Shown: positions 1-14,474 of the stretch, piece after piece
How positions within the stretch are numbered: position 1 is the first letter of the stretch
Layout: each line of letters begins with the position of its first letter
Assembly (NCBI GenBank): GCA_963815115.1
Contig: CAWFFN010000007.1
Location: forward strand, 288,001 to 352,000
DNA length: 64,000 nucleotides
Direction: 5' to 3'
DNA from: an uncultured delta proteobacterium
Lineage (GTDB): Bacteria > Desulfobacterota > Binatia > DP-6
Translations under genes and position numbers: made by a program
The notes under the pieces: generated by a model
Seen by the model: only the letters and a program-made list of their open reading frames with translations
Database searches by the model: none
Told to the model about the DNA's origin: nothing

Positions 1-145
1 GGACGCGGCAGCGGCACCCGTGACCGCCGGCGCCGTCCGGGGCGGCGCCTGATCCGCCGCCGAAAGGGTTCTCGACAGGGGCCAGCTTCGCTGGCAGTCT
101 CGTCGGGGCCCGAGGGCCACGCGGGCGCGAGCGGTCGCGCCGCGC

Positions 146-2245
146 GTGGCGGCCGGCGAGCAGATCCCGAGCGATCTCATGAGAGACACCGCGCAGCCGG
201 AGAGGGACGTGAGGTCGCCGCGTGCCGCGCACGAGCGCGCCCGCGAGACGCCGCGTACGGCGGTGGCGACGTCGCCGCCGCGGGTCGTCATCGAAGGCGT
301 GACGCCCGAGATCGAGGGCGGCCGTTTCGCGGTGAAGCGGGTGGTCGGCGAGCGCGTGACCGTCGGCGCCGACGTGTTCGCCGAGGGCCACGATCGGCTT
401 GCCGCGGTGCTGCGCATGCGGCGCTGGGGCGAGCCGACCTGGCACGAGATCCCCATGGAGCCACGCGAGAACGATCGCTGGGAAGCGACGTTCACCGTGA
501 CGGAGCTGGGTACCTACGAGTACGTGGTGCACGCATGGGTCGACGCCTTTGCGTCCTGGCGCGGAGGGTTGGCGAAGAAGTCCGCCGCAGGGCTCGACGT
601 GACGAGCGAGCTGCTCGAGGGCGCCGCGCTCCTCCGGCGCGCGGCCGAGCGCGCCGGGGGCGCCGATCGGAACTGGCTCTCCGAGCAGGCTCGCATGGTC
701 GGCGGTAGCGGCGAGATGACGGTCCGGACGAGCGCGGCGCTGGCGCCGGAGCTCGCCGCCTGTGTCGCGCGGCATCCCGATCGCACGGCCGAGAGCCGCT
801 ACGATCACGTCCTGCACGTGACGGTCGATCGCGAGCGGGGGCAAGCCGGCGCGTGGTACGAGATGTTCCCGCGCTCGGCGGCGGCCGAGGCGGGGCGCCA
901 CGGGACGCTCGCCGACGTCGTCGCGCGCCTTCCGTACGTCGCGGGGATGGGCTTCGACGTCCTGTATCTCCCGCCGATTCACCCCATCGGCCGCACCCAT
1001 CGCAAGGGACGCAACAATACGCCAACCGCCGGGCCGGAAGATCCGGGCAGCCCGTGGGCCATCGGCGCCGCGGAGGGCGGCCACGACGCCGTGCATCCGG
1101 AGCTCGGGACGCTGGCCGACTTCGACCGTCTGGTCGCCGCCGCCCGGGACCACGGACTCGAGATCGCCCTCGACCTGGCCTTCCAGTGCTCGCCCGACCA
1201 CCCGTGGGTCGCGGCGCACCCGGGCTGGTTCCGGCACCGGCCGGACGGCACGGTGCAGTACGCTGAGAATCCCCCGAAGAAGTACCAGGACATCTACCCG
1301 CTCGATTTCGAATGCCGCGACTGGCGGGCGCTGTGGGACGAGCTGCGGCGGATCGTGCTCTTCTGGGTCGACCACGGCGTGCGCATCTTCCGCGTCGACA
1401 ATCCCCACACCAAGCCTTTCGCCTTCTGGGAATGGTTGATCCGCGAGGTCCAGGCGGTGCAGCCCGAGGTGCTCTTTCTGGCCGAGGCGTTCACGCGCCC
1501 GAAGGTGATGCGCTATCTCGCCAAGGTCGGCTTCTCGCAGTCGTACACCTACTTCACCTGGCGGAACACCAAGGCCGAGCTGATCGAGTACATGACCGAG
1601 CTCACCCGGACGGACGTGCGCGAGTACATGCGGCCCAACCTGTTCGTCAACACGCCCGACATCTTGAACGAGTACCTCCAGGTGGGCGGCCGGCCGGCGT
1701 TCCAGATCCGCTTCCTCCTCGCCGCGACGCTCGGCGCTACCTACGGCATCTACGGCCCGCCCTTCGAGCTGTGCCAGGCGCGCGCCATGTCCGGTGCCGA
1801 GGAGTACGAGGACGGCGAGAAGTACGAGGTCCGGCACTGGGACCTCGAGCAGCCGGACAGCCTGCGCGCCTTCATCGCGCGGGTGAACGAGATCCGGCGC
1901 GAGAACCCGGCCTTCCGCTCGAACGACCGGCTGCGCTTCTGTCCCGTCGACAACGACCGGCTCATCGCGTACGTGAAGACCACGGCGGATCTCGGAAATC
2001 AGGTGCTGGTGATCGTGACGCTCGATCCTCACCACCCGCAGAGCGGCTGGGTGGACGTTCCGCTGGAGGAGATGGGCCTCGATCCGCGCCAGCCGTTCCA
2101 GGTCCACGACCTGCTCGGCGACGCGCGCTTTCTCTGGTCCGGACCGCGCAGCTTCGTGGCGCTCGATGCGAACGCCGTGCCGGGTCACGTGTTCCGCATC
2201 CGGCGGCGGCTGCGCACCGAGCGAGACTTCGACTACTTCCTGTGA
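146..2245 (+). CDS. glgE: alpha-1,4-glucan:maltose-1-phosphate maltosyltransferase GlgE
   Basis: Motifs [53 protein letters not shown]; true start may be at 179 or 209. Confidence 0.96.
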   Translation: MAAGEQIPSDLMRDTAQPERDVRSPRAAHERARETPRTAVATSPPRVVIEGVTPEIEGGRFAVKRVVGERVTVGADVFAEGHDRLAAVLRMRRWGEPTWHEIPMEPRENDRWEATFTVTELGTYEYVVHAWVDAFASWRGGLAKKSAAGLDVTSELLEGAALLRRAAERAGGADRNWLSEQARMVGGSGEMTVRTSAALAPELAACVARHPDRTAESRYDHVLHVTVDRERGQAGAWYEMFPRSAAAEAGRHGTLADVVARLPYVAGMGFDVLYLPPIHPIGRTHRKGRNNTPTAGPEDPGSPWAIGAAEGGHDAVHPELGTLADFDRLVAAARDHGLEIALDLAFQCSPDHPWVAAHPGWFRHRPDGTVQYAENPPKKYQDIYPLDFECRDWRALWDELRRIVLFWVDHGVRIFRVDNPHTKPFAFWEWLIREVQAVQPEVLFLAEAFTRPKVMRYLAKVGFSQSYTYFTWRNTKAELIEYMTELTRTDVREYMRPNLFVNTPDILNEYLQVGGRPAFQIRFLLAATLGATYGIYGPPFELCQARAMSGAEEYEDGEKYEVRHWDLEQPDSLRAFIARVNEIRRENPAFRSNDRLRFCPVDNDRLIAYVKTTADLGNQVLVIVTLDPHHPQSGWVDVPLEEMGLDPRQPFQVHDLLGDARFLWSGPRSFVALDANAVPGHVFRIRRRLRTERDFDYFL

Positions 2246-2258
2246 TTCTGGACTGGAT

Positions 2259-5639
<3,381 letters not shown>

Positions 5640-5652
5640 ACGGAGACGCCGC

Positions 5653-7596
5653 ATGAATCGCGCCGCCCAGGTTTCCACGACGCCGCAGGCCGTGACCCTG
5701 CTCACCGATCAGGACCTCTACCTCTTCAACGAGGGCACGCATCTCGGGCTGGCCGACAAGCTCGGCGCCCATGCCATGACCGCCGGCGGCGCTGCGGGGA
5801 CCTGCTTCGGGGTCTGGGCGCCGAATGCGGAGGCGGTCTCCGTGATGGGCGACTTCAACGGGTGGCGGCCGTCGGAGCATGCGCTGCGCCCGCGCGCGGC
5901 GTCGGGGATCTGGGAAGGGTTCGTGCCCGGGGTCGGGCGCGGGGCGCACTACAAGTACCACGTCGTGTCGCGCCTCGGCGGCTACCAGGTCGACAAGGCC
6001 GATCCCTTCGCGTTCCACGGCGAGGTGCCCCCGCGGACGGCCTCGATCGTGTGGCCGCTCGAATACGAGTGGAGCGACGGTGAGTGGATGGCGGAGCGGG
6101 GCGGTCGCAACGCGCTGGGCGCTCCGCTCGCCATCTACGAGGTGCACCTGGGCTCGTGGCGCCGCGTGCCGGAGGACGGTAACCGCTCGCTCGGCTACCG
6201 CGAGATCGCGCCGCTGCTGGCGGACTACGTCGGCGCGGCGGGGTTCACCCACGTCGAGCTCCTGCCCATCATGGAGCATCCGTTCTACGGCTCGTGGGGG
6301 TATCAGACGACCGGCTACTTCTCGCCCACCAGCCGCTACGGGACGCCGCAGGACTTGATGTACCTGATCGACTACCTTCACCAGCGCGGGATCGGCGTCA
6401 TCCTCGACTGGGTTCCGTCGCACTTCCCGACCGACGAGCACGGCCTCGGCTTCTTCGACGGCGAGCACCTCTTCGAGCACCAGGATCCGCGACAGGGCTT
6501 CCACCCCGACTGGGGCAGCTTCATCTTCAACTACGGCCGCAACGAGGTGCGCAGCTTCCTCCTGAGCAGCGCGCTCTTCTGGCTCGACCGGTATCACGCG
6601 GACGGCCTTCGCGTGGATGCCGTCGCCTCCATGCTCTACCTCGACTACTCGCGCCGCGCCGGGGAGTGGATTCCCAACAAGTACGGGGGGCGGGAAAACC
6701 TCGAGGCGATCGATTTCCTCCGCCATCTGAACACGAGCGTCTACGAGCGCCAGCCCGCGGTGCAGACGTTCGCCGAGGAATCGACCGCCTGGCCGATGGT
6801 GTCGCGCCCGACGTACGTCGGCGGGCTGGGGTTCGGGATGAAGTGGGACATGGGCTGGATGCACGACACGCTCGCCTACATGTCGCACGAGCCCGTCCAC
6901 CGGAAGTTCCACCACAGCGAGCTGACCTTCCGGATGATGTACGCCTTCGCGGAGAACTTCGTCCTGCCCCTCTCGCACGACGAGGTCGTGTACGGGAAAG
7001 GCTCTCTGCTGGGAAAGATGCCGGGCGGCGAGTGGCAGCAGCGCGCCAACCTGCGCCTCCTCCTGGGCTACATGTACACCCAGCCCGGCAAGAAGCTCCT
7101 CTTCATGGGCGGCGAGTTCGGGCAGTGGCGCGAGTGGAATCACGAAGCGAGCCTCGACTGGCATCTGCTCGACCAGCCGGAACACGCGGCGCTCCTGCGC
7201 TGGGTCCGCGACCTGAACACGACCTATCGCGGCGAACCGGCCCTCCACGAGCTCGACACCAGCGTCGGGGGCTTCGAGTGGATCGACTGCAACGATGCGG
7301 AGCAGAGCGTGCTCGTCTTCGCCCGTCGCGCCCGCTCGAGCTCCGACGTCCTCATCGTCGCCTGCAACTTCACGCCCGTGCCGCGCGGGAACTACCGGAT
7401 CGGCGTGCCCACCCCGGGCCGCTGGGCCGAGACCCTGAACAGCGACGCGCCGCTCTACGGCGGCAGCGGACAGGGCAACCTGGGCGGCGTCGTCACGGCG
7501 CCGGTCCGCTGGCACGGGCGTCCGCAGTCGATCAACGTCACGTTGCCGCCGCTCGGCATGGTCGTGTTCAAGGGCAGCGGTGGCGCCCCGGGGTAG
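5653..7596 (+). CDS. glgB: 1,4-alpha-glucan branching enzyme
   Basis: [45 protein letters not shown]. Confidence 0.97.
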   Translation: MNRAAQVSTTPQAVTLLTDQDLYLFNEGTHLGLADKLGAHAMTAGGAAGTCFGVWAPNAEAVSVMGDFNGWRPSEHALRPRAASGIWEGFVPGVGRGAHYKYHVVSRLGGYQVDKADPFAFHGEVPPRTASIVWPLEYEWSDGEWMAERGGRNALGAPLAIYEVHLGSWRRVPEDGNRSLGYREIAPLLADYVGAAGFTHVELLPIMEHPFYGSWGYQTTGYFSPTSRYGTPQDLMYLIDYLHQRGIGVILDWVPSHFPTDEHGLGFFDGEHLFEHQDPRQGFHPDWGSFIFNYGRNEVRSFLLSSALFWLDRYHADGLRVDAVASMLYLDYSRRAGEWIPNKYGGRENLEAIDFLRHLNTSVYERQPAVQTFAEESTAWPMVSRPTYVGGLGFGMKWDMGWMHDTLAYMSHEPVHRKFHHSELTFRMMYAFAENFVLPLSHDEVVYGKGSLLGKMPGGEWQQRANLRLLLGYMYTQPGKKLLFMGGEFGQWREWNHEASLDWHLLDQPEHAALLRWVRDLNTTYRGEPALHELDTSVGGFEWIDCNDAEQSVLVFARRARSSSDVLIVACNFTPVPRGNYRIGVPTPGRWAETLNSDAPLYGGSGQGNLGGVVTAPVRWHGRPQSINVTLPPLGMVVFKGSGGAPG

Positions 7597-7606
7597 TCGG
7601 GCGTGA

Positions 7607-8008
7607 TCAGGCCCAGGGATCGTAGGAGCCGAAGCTCCAGAGCTGTCCCTCGGGATCACGCGCGGCGTAGCCCCGCCCGCCGTAGTCCTTGTCCTGGATG
7701 TCGTCGACGATCTCCGCGCCGGCGGCCTTGGCACGGGCGTAGTGGACGTCGACGTCCGGGATGACGACGTAGGCGGTCTGGGTGACGGCGCCGGCCTGGC
7801 GGGCGGTCTTCACCAGCTTTCCCCAGGCGTCGTCACGCCACGAGCCCAGCATGATCATGCCCTCTCCGAGCGTGAGCTGCGCATGCTCGATGACGCCGTT
7901 GTTGCCCGGCACCACGAGATGCCGCGTGAAGCCGAAGGCCTCGCACAGCCAGTCGATCATGCGGGGCGCGTCCTGGTAGCGCATCGTGGGGATGACGGAT
8001 GCCTTCAT
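7607..8008 (-). CDS. VOC/glyoxalase-bleomycin resistance family protein
   Basis: IDWLCEAFGF, HAQLTLGEGMIMLGS, DYGGRGYAARDPEGQLWSFGSY; GGAGG SD upstream. Confidence 0.9.
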   Translation of the reverse strand: MKASVIPTMRYQDAPRMIDWLCEAFGFTRHLVVPGNNGVIEHAQLTLGEGMIMLGSWRDDAWGKLVKTARQAGAVTQTAYVVIPDVDVHYARAKAAGAEIVDDIQDKDYGGRGYAARDPEGQLWSFGSYDPWA

Positions 8009-8134
8009 GTCGGAACCTCCTCCTCCGCGGCATGGTCCCCGTCAGGGGCCGGATGCCGGTCGTTTCGGAGTCTCATACGGCGACAGCCGGCCGCGGTCTT
8101 GGAAAAAAACGCCGCCTGCGAGCTGCCGGCCGCG

Positions 8135-8566
8135 TCAGCGGGACCGGCCGGCCGGCTGCTTCTCGTCCGACCCCGCCACCAGCGCCGTCGCCATGGCCCG
8201 CAGCACGGCGAGCAGCTGCTCGCGCTGGCGCTGCGAGAGCCCGTTGTAGAGACGCAGCACCTCCTCGATCCCGGGGTCGTGGGTCGGCGCGAAGCTCGGG
8301 TAGACGCCGTCCCCGTCCGGGATGTGCGCCCCGGCCGCGACCAGCGCACGCGCCTCGGGAGAGAGGACCTCCTGGTCGAGGTGGGCGAGCGCTCCGCGCA
8401 GCGCCCCGCAGGTCTTGATGACGACGAGGAGCGGGGTGGCGAGGCCACGGCCGTTCTCCAGGCGGCTGATTGCTCCCTGGCTCACGCCCGCGATGCGGGC
8501 GAGCTGCTCCTGGGAGAGACCGAGGAATTCACGGATCCGGAGCACCTGGGCTCCCAGATCGCGCAT
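8135..8566 (-). CDS. XRE-family helix-turn-helix transcriptional regulator
   Basis: REFLGLSQEQLARIAGVSQGAISRLENG HTH signature; the frame stays open upstream so the start may be earlier. Confidence 0.85.
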   Translation of the reverse strand: MRDLGAQVLRIREFLGLSQEQLARIAGVSQGAISRLENGRGLATPLLVVIKTCGALRGALAHLDQEVLSPEARALVAAGAHIPDGDGVYPSFAPTHDPGIEEVLRLYNGLSQRQREQLLAVLRAMATALVAGSDEKQPAGRSR

Positions 8567-8811
8567 CCAGCGTGGCCAGTCAGTCGCGGTCGATGTCTTC
8601 TCGGTATCGGACGTGGAGGGCTCCCGAGGGCGCGTATGCAGCGTGTCGTGAAGGTGCAGTATACGCGAGACGTCGATGCGTGGAAGCTACCCCGAGGTAC
8701 TACCCGATCTGGCGCCTTATGGCCGGTGCGCTAGACATCCACGAGGGCCGCCGTACCGGACGGCGGGGCAGCGCGCGCCCGGATGCTTCCCGCACGGCCT
8801 GCCGCCCCCGT

Positions 8812-11800
8812 ATGTTAGATGCGGTGCACGTGGGACGCTGGCTGCCGCTGATCCTTCTCGGAATGTCCGGGCTCGCCCTGGCCGCGCCGCCGTGTCCGGC
8901 ACCCGGAACGATCGCGATCCAGGCCGAGAATCTCGCCCCCGGGGGGACGATGTCGCTGCGGGTCCGGGGCGAGCTGCTCGCCGAGGACACCACCTGCGCC
9001 GGTGCCGGCGCGGCGAGCTACGACACGACGGTCACCTGCAGCGGCCAGGGACCGGTACGCTGCGGCGAGGTCCCCGGGCTGCGACCGGGCGCCTGGGTGC
9101 ACCACCTCGACGTCCAGGTTGCGGGCTCGGAGGCGCAGCACCAGAGCCAGCGCACGGTCGTGCTGGCGAGCGCGCCGGGGGTGTCGAACGTCGTCGGCTG
9201 GACGGTCTTCCCGCGCACCTTCGTCGTCCACGACGCCGGCAACGACGACTTCCGGACCAAGCTCGACATGGCGGCCGCCTTCACGGCGTCCGGCCCGGAC
9301 GTCCGCGCGCTGGTGACGTTCGATCCCGACGTCTTCCCCGGCGGCGGCACTCCGACCAAGGTGACGGTCGGCTTCCGTCGAGGGCCGCCGAAGTCGTGCG
9401 ACGACCCGACACCTGCGCCGACGGCAAGAAGGCCGCCCACTGTCTCGTCGGGTCGCGCATCACGGTCGACGCGCTCGACGACCGCGGCGAGCGCGGCGGC
9501 GTCGTCCTGGTGAACGGCACCTGCGAGCGCTACCTGCTGCGCATCTACGGCAGCGACAACGTCCTGCGCGGGCTCGAGATGCTCGGGATCGAGGGCGACC
9601 CCGAAAACTCTGCCGACGTCGTCGATACGCTCGCAATCGTGGGAGCGGACGCGCAGCGCAACCGCATCGAGCAGTGCGTGGTCCGGGGCGGCGCGGCGGT
9701 GCGACGGGCAACGGCGACGCGCTCAGCGTCGGCGACGGCGCGGGCGACGCCCGGCGGCGCCGAGCATGACGCGGTGATCGTCGACTCGGAGATCACCGGC
9801 GCGCAGGACAAGGGCGTCAAGGTCAGTACGGGGCGGCCACGCCACCGTCGCCGAGCAGCTGCATGCACGACAACGCGAACGGCGGCATCCAGAGCCACCG
9901 AAGGCGGTCACGTCACCGCGATCCGAAACGTCGTGCAGCTGAACCGCCTGGGGAAATCGAAGGATCACAAGGCGGAGAACGGCCTCCTGGTCGGTGATCC
10001 CGAACGAGGTCGGGGAGTGCGAACACGATGACCACCGACGGCAACATGGTGCGCTTCTCCGGGGCGCGCGGCATCTCGGTGGTGAACGCGGGCGGCGGGC
10101 GTCGTTCACGAACGACTTCGTGGCCGAGAACGCAGCAGGCCGGGATCCGGGTGGAGACGACGCATCCCGGGCCCGACGCCCGTGGCGCTGCTGCGCGGGG
10201 TCGGGCTCGCATGCAACCACAAGCGGGTCATCGGCACGTGTGTCCCCAGCCGGGAGGGAGCCATGCGCGCGGCAACGAGCGATTGCATGGCCGTGGGCAT
10301 GTGCCGCTACCCGCCGGGCGGGGAGCCGGACGGCTTCGGCGTCTCGGTGGGCTTCGGTCTGGCGAACGACGTGGACCTCTGCGCGGCGGCGGATGCTCGA
10401 ACCCGATCGTGGACCTCGGGACGGGCGGCCGTGACGCGGGACGGAACGCGCTGGCGCAGAACCCGAACCCGACCTCGGCAGCGGCGTCAACCTGAACAAC
10501 CAGCTCGACGAGTGCTCCGCCCATCCCTGCCCGCGGGAATCAGTGGCAGGACTGCGGCAACGGCCCGATGTGCAACGTGGCCCAGGTGCAGGCCCTCGAC
10601 CTGCGTCCGCCGGGCACGACCGCTGCCGACATCGGGACTCCGACCGGGCCCGGGGGCGGTCCACCGCCGGTGGTCGCGCGCATCGTTCCCGCGCGTCCCC
10701 GGGCGGGAGATTTCGTCCGCGTGTACAACGGCAGCCTCGACGGCAACGGGGGAACCTTCAACGCCATCGACGGCGTGGCCTGCACCCCGCCGACCCCGCC
10801 GCTCGGGAATCCGGACCCGGACCGATCCCGGCGAGCCGGTCGGCCTCCCGAGCGATCCGTGCTCGCCCGCGAGCCCGGAGATCGTCGAGCAGAACCATAC
10901 CGTCGGCCGCGGCAACCGCGTGACGATCACGGTCGGCGGGCAGGCGATCGACGCGGACGTGCACGCCGTGACTCCGACGATGCTGGTCTTCCAGATGCCC
11001 GTCGACTGTTACGCGGCCGGAACGCTCACCGTGACGCGCGGGAACGACGCGCCCAGCGCGCCCGTCACGTTCTGCGATCCGGGCGGCTGCGCCGAGCAGC
11101 CGGCCGGAGCCCTGTGCGACGACGGTGACGTGTGTACGCTCGACGACCGCTGCGACGGCCAGGGCGCGTGCGTGCCGTCGTCGGTGCTCGACTGCAGCGC
11201 GCCGTGCCAGACGGGCGCGTGCGATCCGCAGGGCGGGTGCATCCTGCGCGCGGCAGGGGCCGGATGCAGCGACGGCGACGCCTGTACCGCCGGCGACCAC
11301 TGCGACGGCGTCGGCACGGCGTGCATCCCGGGGCCGCCGGTCGCCTGCACCGGCGTCTGCTCGACGGGAACCTGCGAGCCGGGGCGCGGGTGCCTGCCGC
11401 GGCCGGCGTCCACGACGTGCGACGACGGCAACGTCTGCACGGTCGGGGACCACTGTGCGGGAACGGCCGACACCTGCATCGCGGGTGCGGCGCTCGGCTG
11501 CGACGACGGGAACCCCTGCACGGCGGACGCCTGCGACCCCGCGACCGGCTGCACGCACGCCGCCCTCGCCGACGGCGCGCTGTGTCCGGCGATCGACGGC
11601 TGCCACGCACCGGCACAGTGCCGTGGCGGGGCCTGCGATCCGGGACCGGAGATCCGGTGCAGCGACGGCGACTTCTGCACCGACGACCGGTGCGACCCGG
11701 AACAGGGCTGCGTCTATGCGGCGGCGACCGGCGGACGCCGGACCGGGTGTCGCATCGACGAATTGCGCTTCCTGCTGAGCGACCTGCCCGATGGCAGCGC

Positions 11801-12038
11801 CGCCATGGGTCGCCGGCTCGGCAAGCGGCTCGACGTTGCGGAGGCGGCGCTCGCGAAGGCCGAGGGGGCGACGAAGGCGAAGCACATGCGGCGCAGTCTC
11901 AGGAAGGCACGGACCGTCCTGCAGGGGTTCCTCGGGGCGGTCCGGCGCAGCCGCCGCGTGCTCGGCGCCACGCTCGAGCACCGGCTCGTGCGCAGCGCCA
12001 AGACGGCGATCGCCGCCCTGGCATCGCCTGCGAGCTGA
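8812..12038 (+). pseudogene. Large secreted protein (signal peptide, parallel beta-helix, Cys-rich CDDGNxCTxDxC repeats, basic helical C-terminus), multiply frameshifted: pseudogene or assembly error
   Basis: Signal peptide RWLPLILLGMSGLALA; coherent beta-helix-like text hops between ORFs 8470-9513, 8676-10031, 10028-10495, 10568-11128 and 10182-12038; intact Cys repeats after about 11080. Confidence 0.75.
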
Positions 12039-12052
12039 CCGACCGGCGGATC

Positions 12053-12319
12053 TCAGGAGCGGCACTCGACCTTGGTCGGTGGCGTGCGCTCGCAGGCCAT
12101 CACCTGCGTCACGCCCGATGCGAGCAACGCGCACGTGTTGGTGACGGCTGCCGTGCGGGCCTCCGCCTCCGAGTTCGCGTCCACGGCGCGGCACGCCTGG
12201 CGCCCCTCGAAGTCGATGCAGACCTCACAGCGCACGCCGCCGACGCGCAGGCTCGAGTAGACGACGAAGCCGATCAGCGCCAGCAGCACCACGGCGGTGA
12301 CCCACGACGTCCACTTCAT
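12053..12319 (-). CDS. Small membrane-anchored protein with 6 Cys, function unknown
   Basis: N-terminal TM helix, CEVC plus four further Cys; GGAGG upstream. Confidence 0.75.
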   Translation of the reverse strand: MKWTSWVTAVVLLALIGFVVYSSLRVGGVRCEVCIDFEGRQACRAVDANSEAEARTAAVTNTCALLASGVTQVMACERTPPTKVECRS

Positions 12320-12429
12320 GCGCGGCCACCCCTACGTGACCTCCGTCGGCGGCTCAAGCCGGACGGCAGAACGACCGGCGGAAATGGCCTCGACTCCCGG
12401 TCGCCGCTCGACTACGAAGGGCAGCGGCC

Positions 12430-13587
12430 GTGCGTGCTCCCGTGTTCATATGCTCGGCGTTCGTCGCGCAGTACCCGAGCGGCGGCGGGGTCTACTGGAT
12501 CCCGCTGCAGTACGTGCGCGGGCTCCGGGAGCTCGGCGTCGACGCCTACTGGCTCGAGTTCCTCTGGACCCAGGGCGACCGCGGCGGGGACCAGAAGTGC
12601 ATCGACACGTTTCTGCGCCGCGCTCGCGAGTTCGGGCTGAGCGACCAGGTGGCCCTGATCTACTTTCCGGAGGGCACGCGGGACGAGCCGCCCGGGCGCG
12701 CCGAGCACTTCGGGATGACGGCCGCGGCCCTCGCGGAGCGCCGGCGGGACGCGCTGCTGCTCAATCTCGCGAACAGCGCCACGGCGCCGTTGCGCGCGGG
12801 CTTCGGGCGCACCGCGCTTCTCGATCTCGATCCCGGCACCTTCCAGCTCTGGGCCCGCGAATGGGACATGGGGGTCGGCGGGCACGATGCCCATCTCACC
12901 ATCGGCATGAACCTCGGCGCTCCGGACTCGCCGATCCCGCTGAGCGGCGTCGACTGGGCGAGAGTGTGGCCGACCGTGCATCTCCCCTCGTGGGCGTTCC
13001 AGCCGCTGCCGCCGCAGGAGGCGCCCTACACGACGGTGACCCAGTGGTGGAACAATCACTACGCCTTCCTCGACGGCGACACCTACGACTGCAACAAGCG
13101 CTCCGGCTTCCTGCCGCTGCTGCCCCTCGCGGGGCGCGTGGCACCCGCGCTCGAGATCGCCGCGAACCTGCATGCCGACGAGACGGAGGATCGCGCGCTG
13201 ATCGCGCAGCATGGCTGGCGGCTCGTGGACCCGGCCGCGGTCGCCGGCACACCCGCGTCCTTCCAGCGCTACGTGCAACGCTCGCGGGGAGAGCTGAGCG
13301 CCACCAAGCCGGCCTACGTCAAGGCGCGCGCCGGATGGATCAGCGACCGGACCGTCTGCTACCTCGCCAGCGGGCGGCCGTGCATCGTCGAGGCCACCGG
13401 CGCCGAGGGGCACCTGCCGGCGAGCGCCGGACTGCGCGTCTTCTCCACGCTCGACGAGGCGGAGGACGCGGTGCGTGCGGTCGAAGCCGACTACGCCGCC
13501 GCGGCGCGGGGCGCACGCGCCCTGGCCGAGGAGGTGTTCTCGACCCGCGTGGTCCTCCCGGGACTTCTGGCGGCCGCGGGCGCTTGA
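12430..13587 (+). CDS. Putative GT-B glycosyltransferase
   Basis: YPSGGG..W..LQY..GL..LG at the N-terminus; GWISDRTVCYLASGRPCIVEATG in the C-terminal nucleotide-sugar region. Confidence 0.7.
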   Translation: MRAPVFICSAFVAQYPSGGGVYWIPLQYVRGLRELGVDAYWLEFLWTQGDRGGDQKCIDTFLRRAREFGLSDQVALIYFPEGTRDEPPGRAEHFGMTAAALAERRRDALLLNLANSATAPLRAGFGRTALLDLDPGTFQLWAREWDMGVGGHDAHLTIGMNLGAPDSPIPLSGVDWARVWPTVHLPSWAFQPLPPQEAPYTTVTQWWNNHYAFLDGDTYDCNKRSGFLPLLPLAGRVAPALEIAANLHADETEDRALIAQHGWRLVDPAAVAGTPASFQRYVQRSRGELSATKPAYVKARAGWISDRTVCYLASGRPCIVEATGAEGHLPASAGLRVFSTLDEAEDAVRAVEADYAAAARGARALAEEVFSTRVVLPGLLAAAGA

Positions 13588-13619
13588 CAGCGCCGACCTC
13601 CGCTCGCTAGCGGCGTGGC

Positions 13620-14474
13620 GTGGACCTCGACGCGGACGCGCTGGTGGTGGGGGCGATCGACATGCACTGCCACCACGGCCCGGATCCGCACCGCGAGCGC
13701 AGCGTGGACGCGGCGGAGGCGGTGCGCGAGGCGGATGTGCTCGGGCTCCGCGCGCTGGTGCTCAAGAGCCACGCCTACCCGACCGGCCCGATCGCGATCC
13801 TGATGGAGAAGACCGCGCAGCGCGTGCGGGTGTTCGGCGGCATCTGCTGCGACTTCGAGGTCGGCGGCCTGAACCCGGCCGCGGTGGAGGGCGCCGTCCG
13901 GACCGGGGCGAGGGTGATCTGGATGCCGACGTTCTCGTCGGTCGTCGACCGGCGGAAGCTCGGCTTGCCGGGCCCCGGCATTCCGCTGCTCGACGACCGC
14001 GGCAGGCTCGTGCCCGCGGTCGAGGATATCCTCCGCCTGGCGCGCGAGCACGACTCCGTGGTGGCCACCGGCCACATCGACCTGCCGGAGCAGTTCGCGC
14101 TGGTGGATGCGGCGGTGGCGCTCGGGGTCCAGGTGCTGATGACGCATGCGCTCGAGACCCTCGTCGGCCCCGACCACACGCTCGGCCACGTGCTCGAGCT
14201 GGCCGACCGCGGCGCCATGATCGAGTTCACCTACCTCACCTGCATCCCGGGCGGGTTCGCCGCCACCGAGGCGCCGGAAGCCTTCGCGCGCGCCATGGCG
14301 GCGGTGGGCCCCGAGCGGGCGATCATGTCGACCGACTTCGGTCAGGTGCGGAGCCCGCACCCGGCCGAGGGAATGCGGCTGTTCATCGGCGAGATGCTGC
14401 ACTGCGGCCTCGCGCCCAGCGCGCTGAACCTGATGGCGCGCCGCAACCCGGCCCGCCTGCTCGGACTCGAGTGA
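13620..14474 (+). CDS. Metal-dependent amidohydrolase-superfamily protein (DUF6282-like)
   Basis: DMHCHHGPD, VLKSH, WMPT, ATGH, MTH, STDFGQ, NPARLLG. Confidence 0.8.
   Translation: MDLDADALVVGAIDMHCHHGPDPHRERSVDAAEAVREADVLGLRALVLKSHAYPTGPIAILMEKTAQRVRVFGGICCDFEVGGLNPAAVEGAVRTGARVIWMPTFSSVVDRRKLGLPGPGIPLLDDRGRLVPAVEDILRLAREHDSVVATGHIDLPEQFALVDAAVALGVQVLMTHALETLVGPDHTLGHVLELADRGAMIEFTYLTCIPGGFAATEAPEAFARAMAAVGPERAIMSTDFGQVRSPHPAEGMRLFIGEMLHCGLAPSALNLMARRNPARLLGLE

Noticed and set aside
11080-11720. Recurrent TGCGACGACGG repeats resembling an array or DGR target
   Set aside because: Protein-level Cys-rich repeats; no reverse transcriptase, cas genes or template/variable repeat pair seen.
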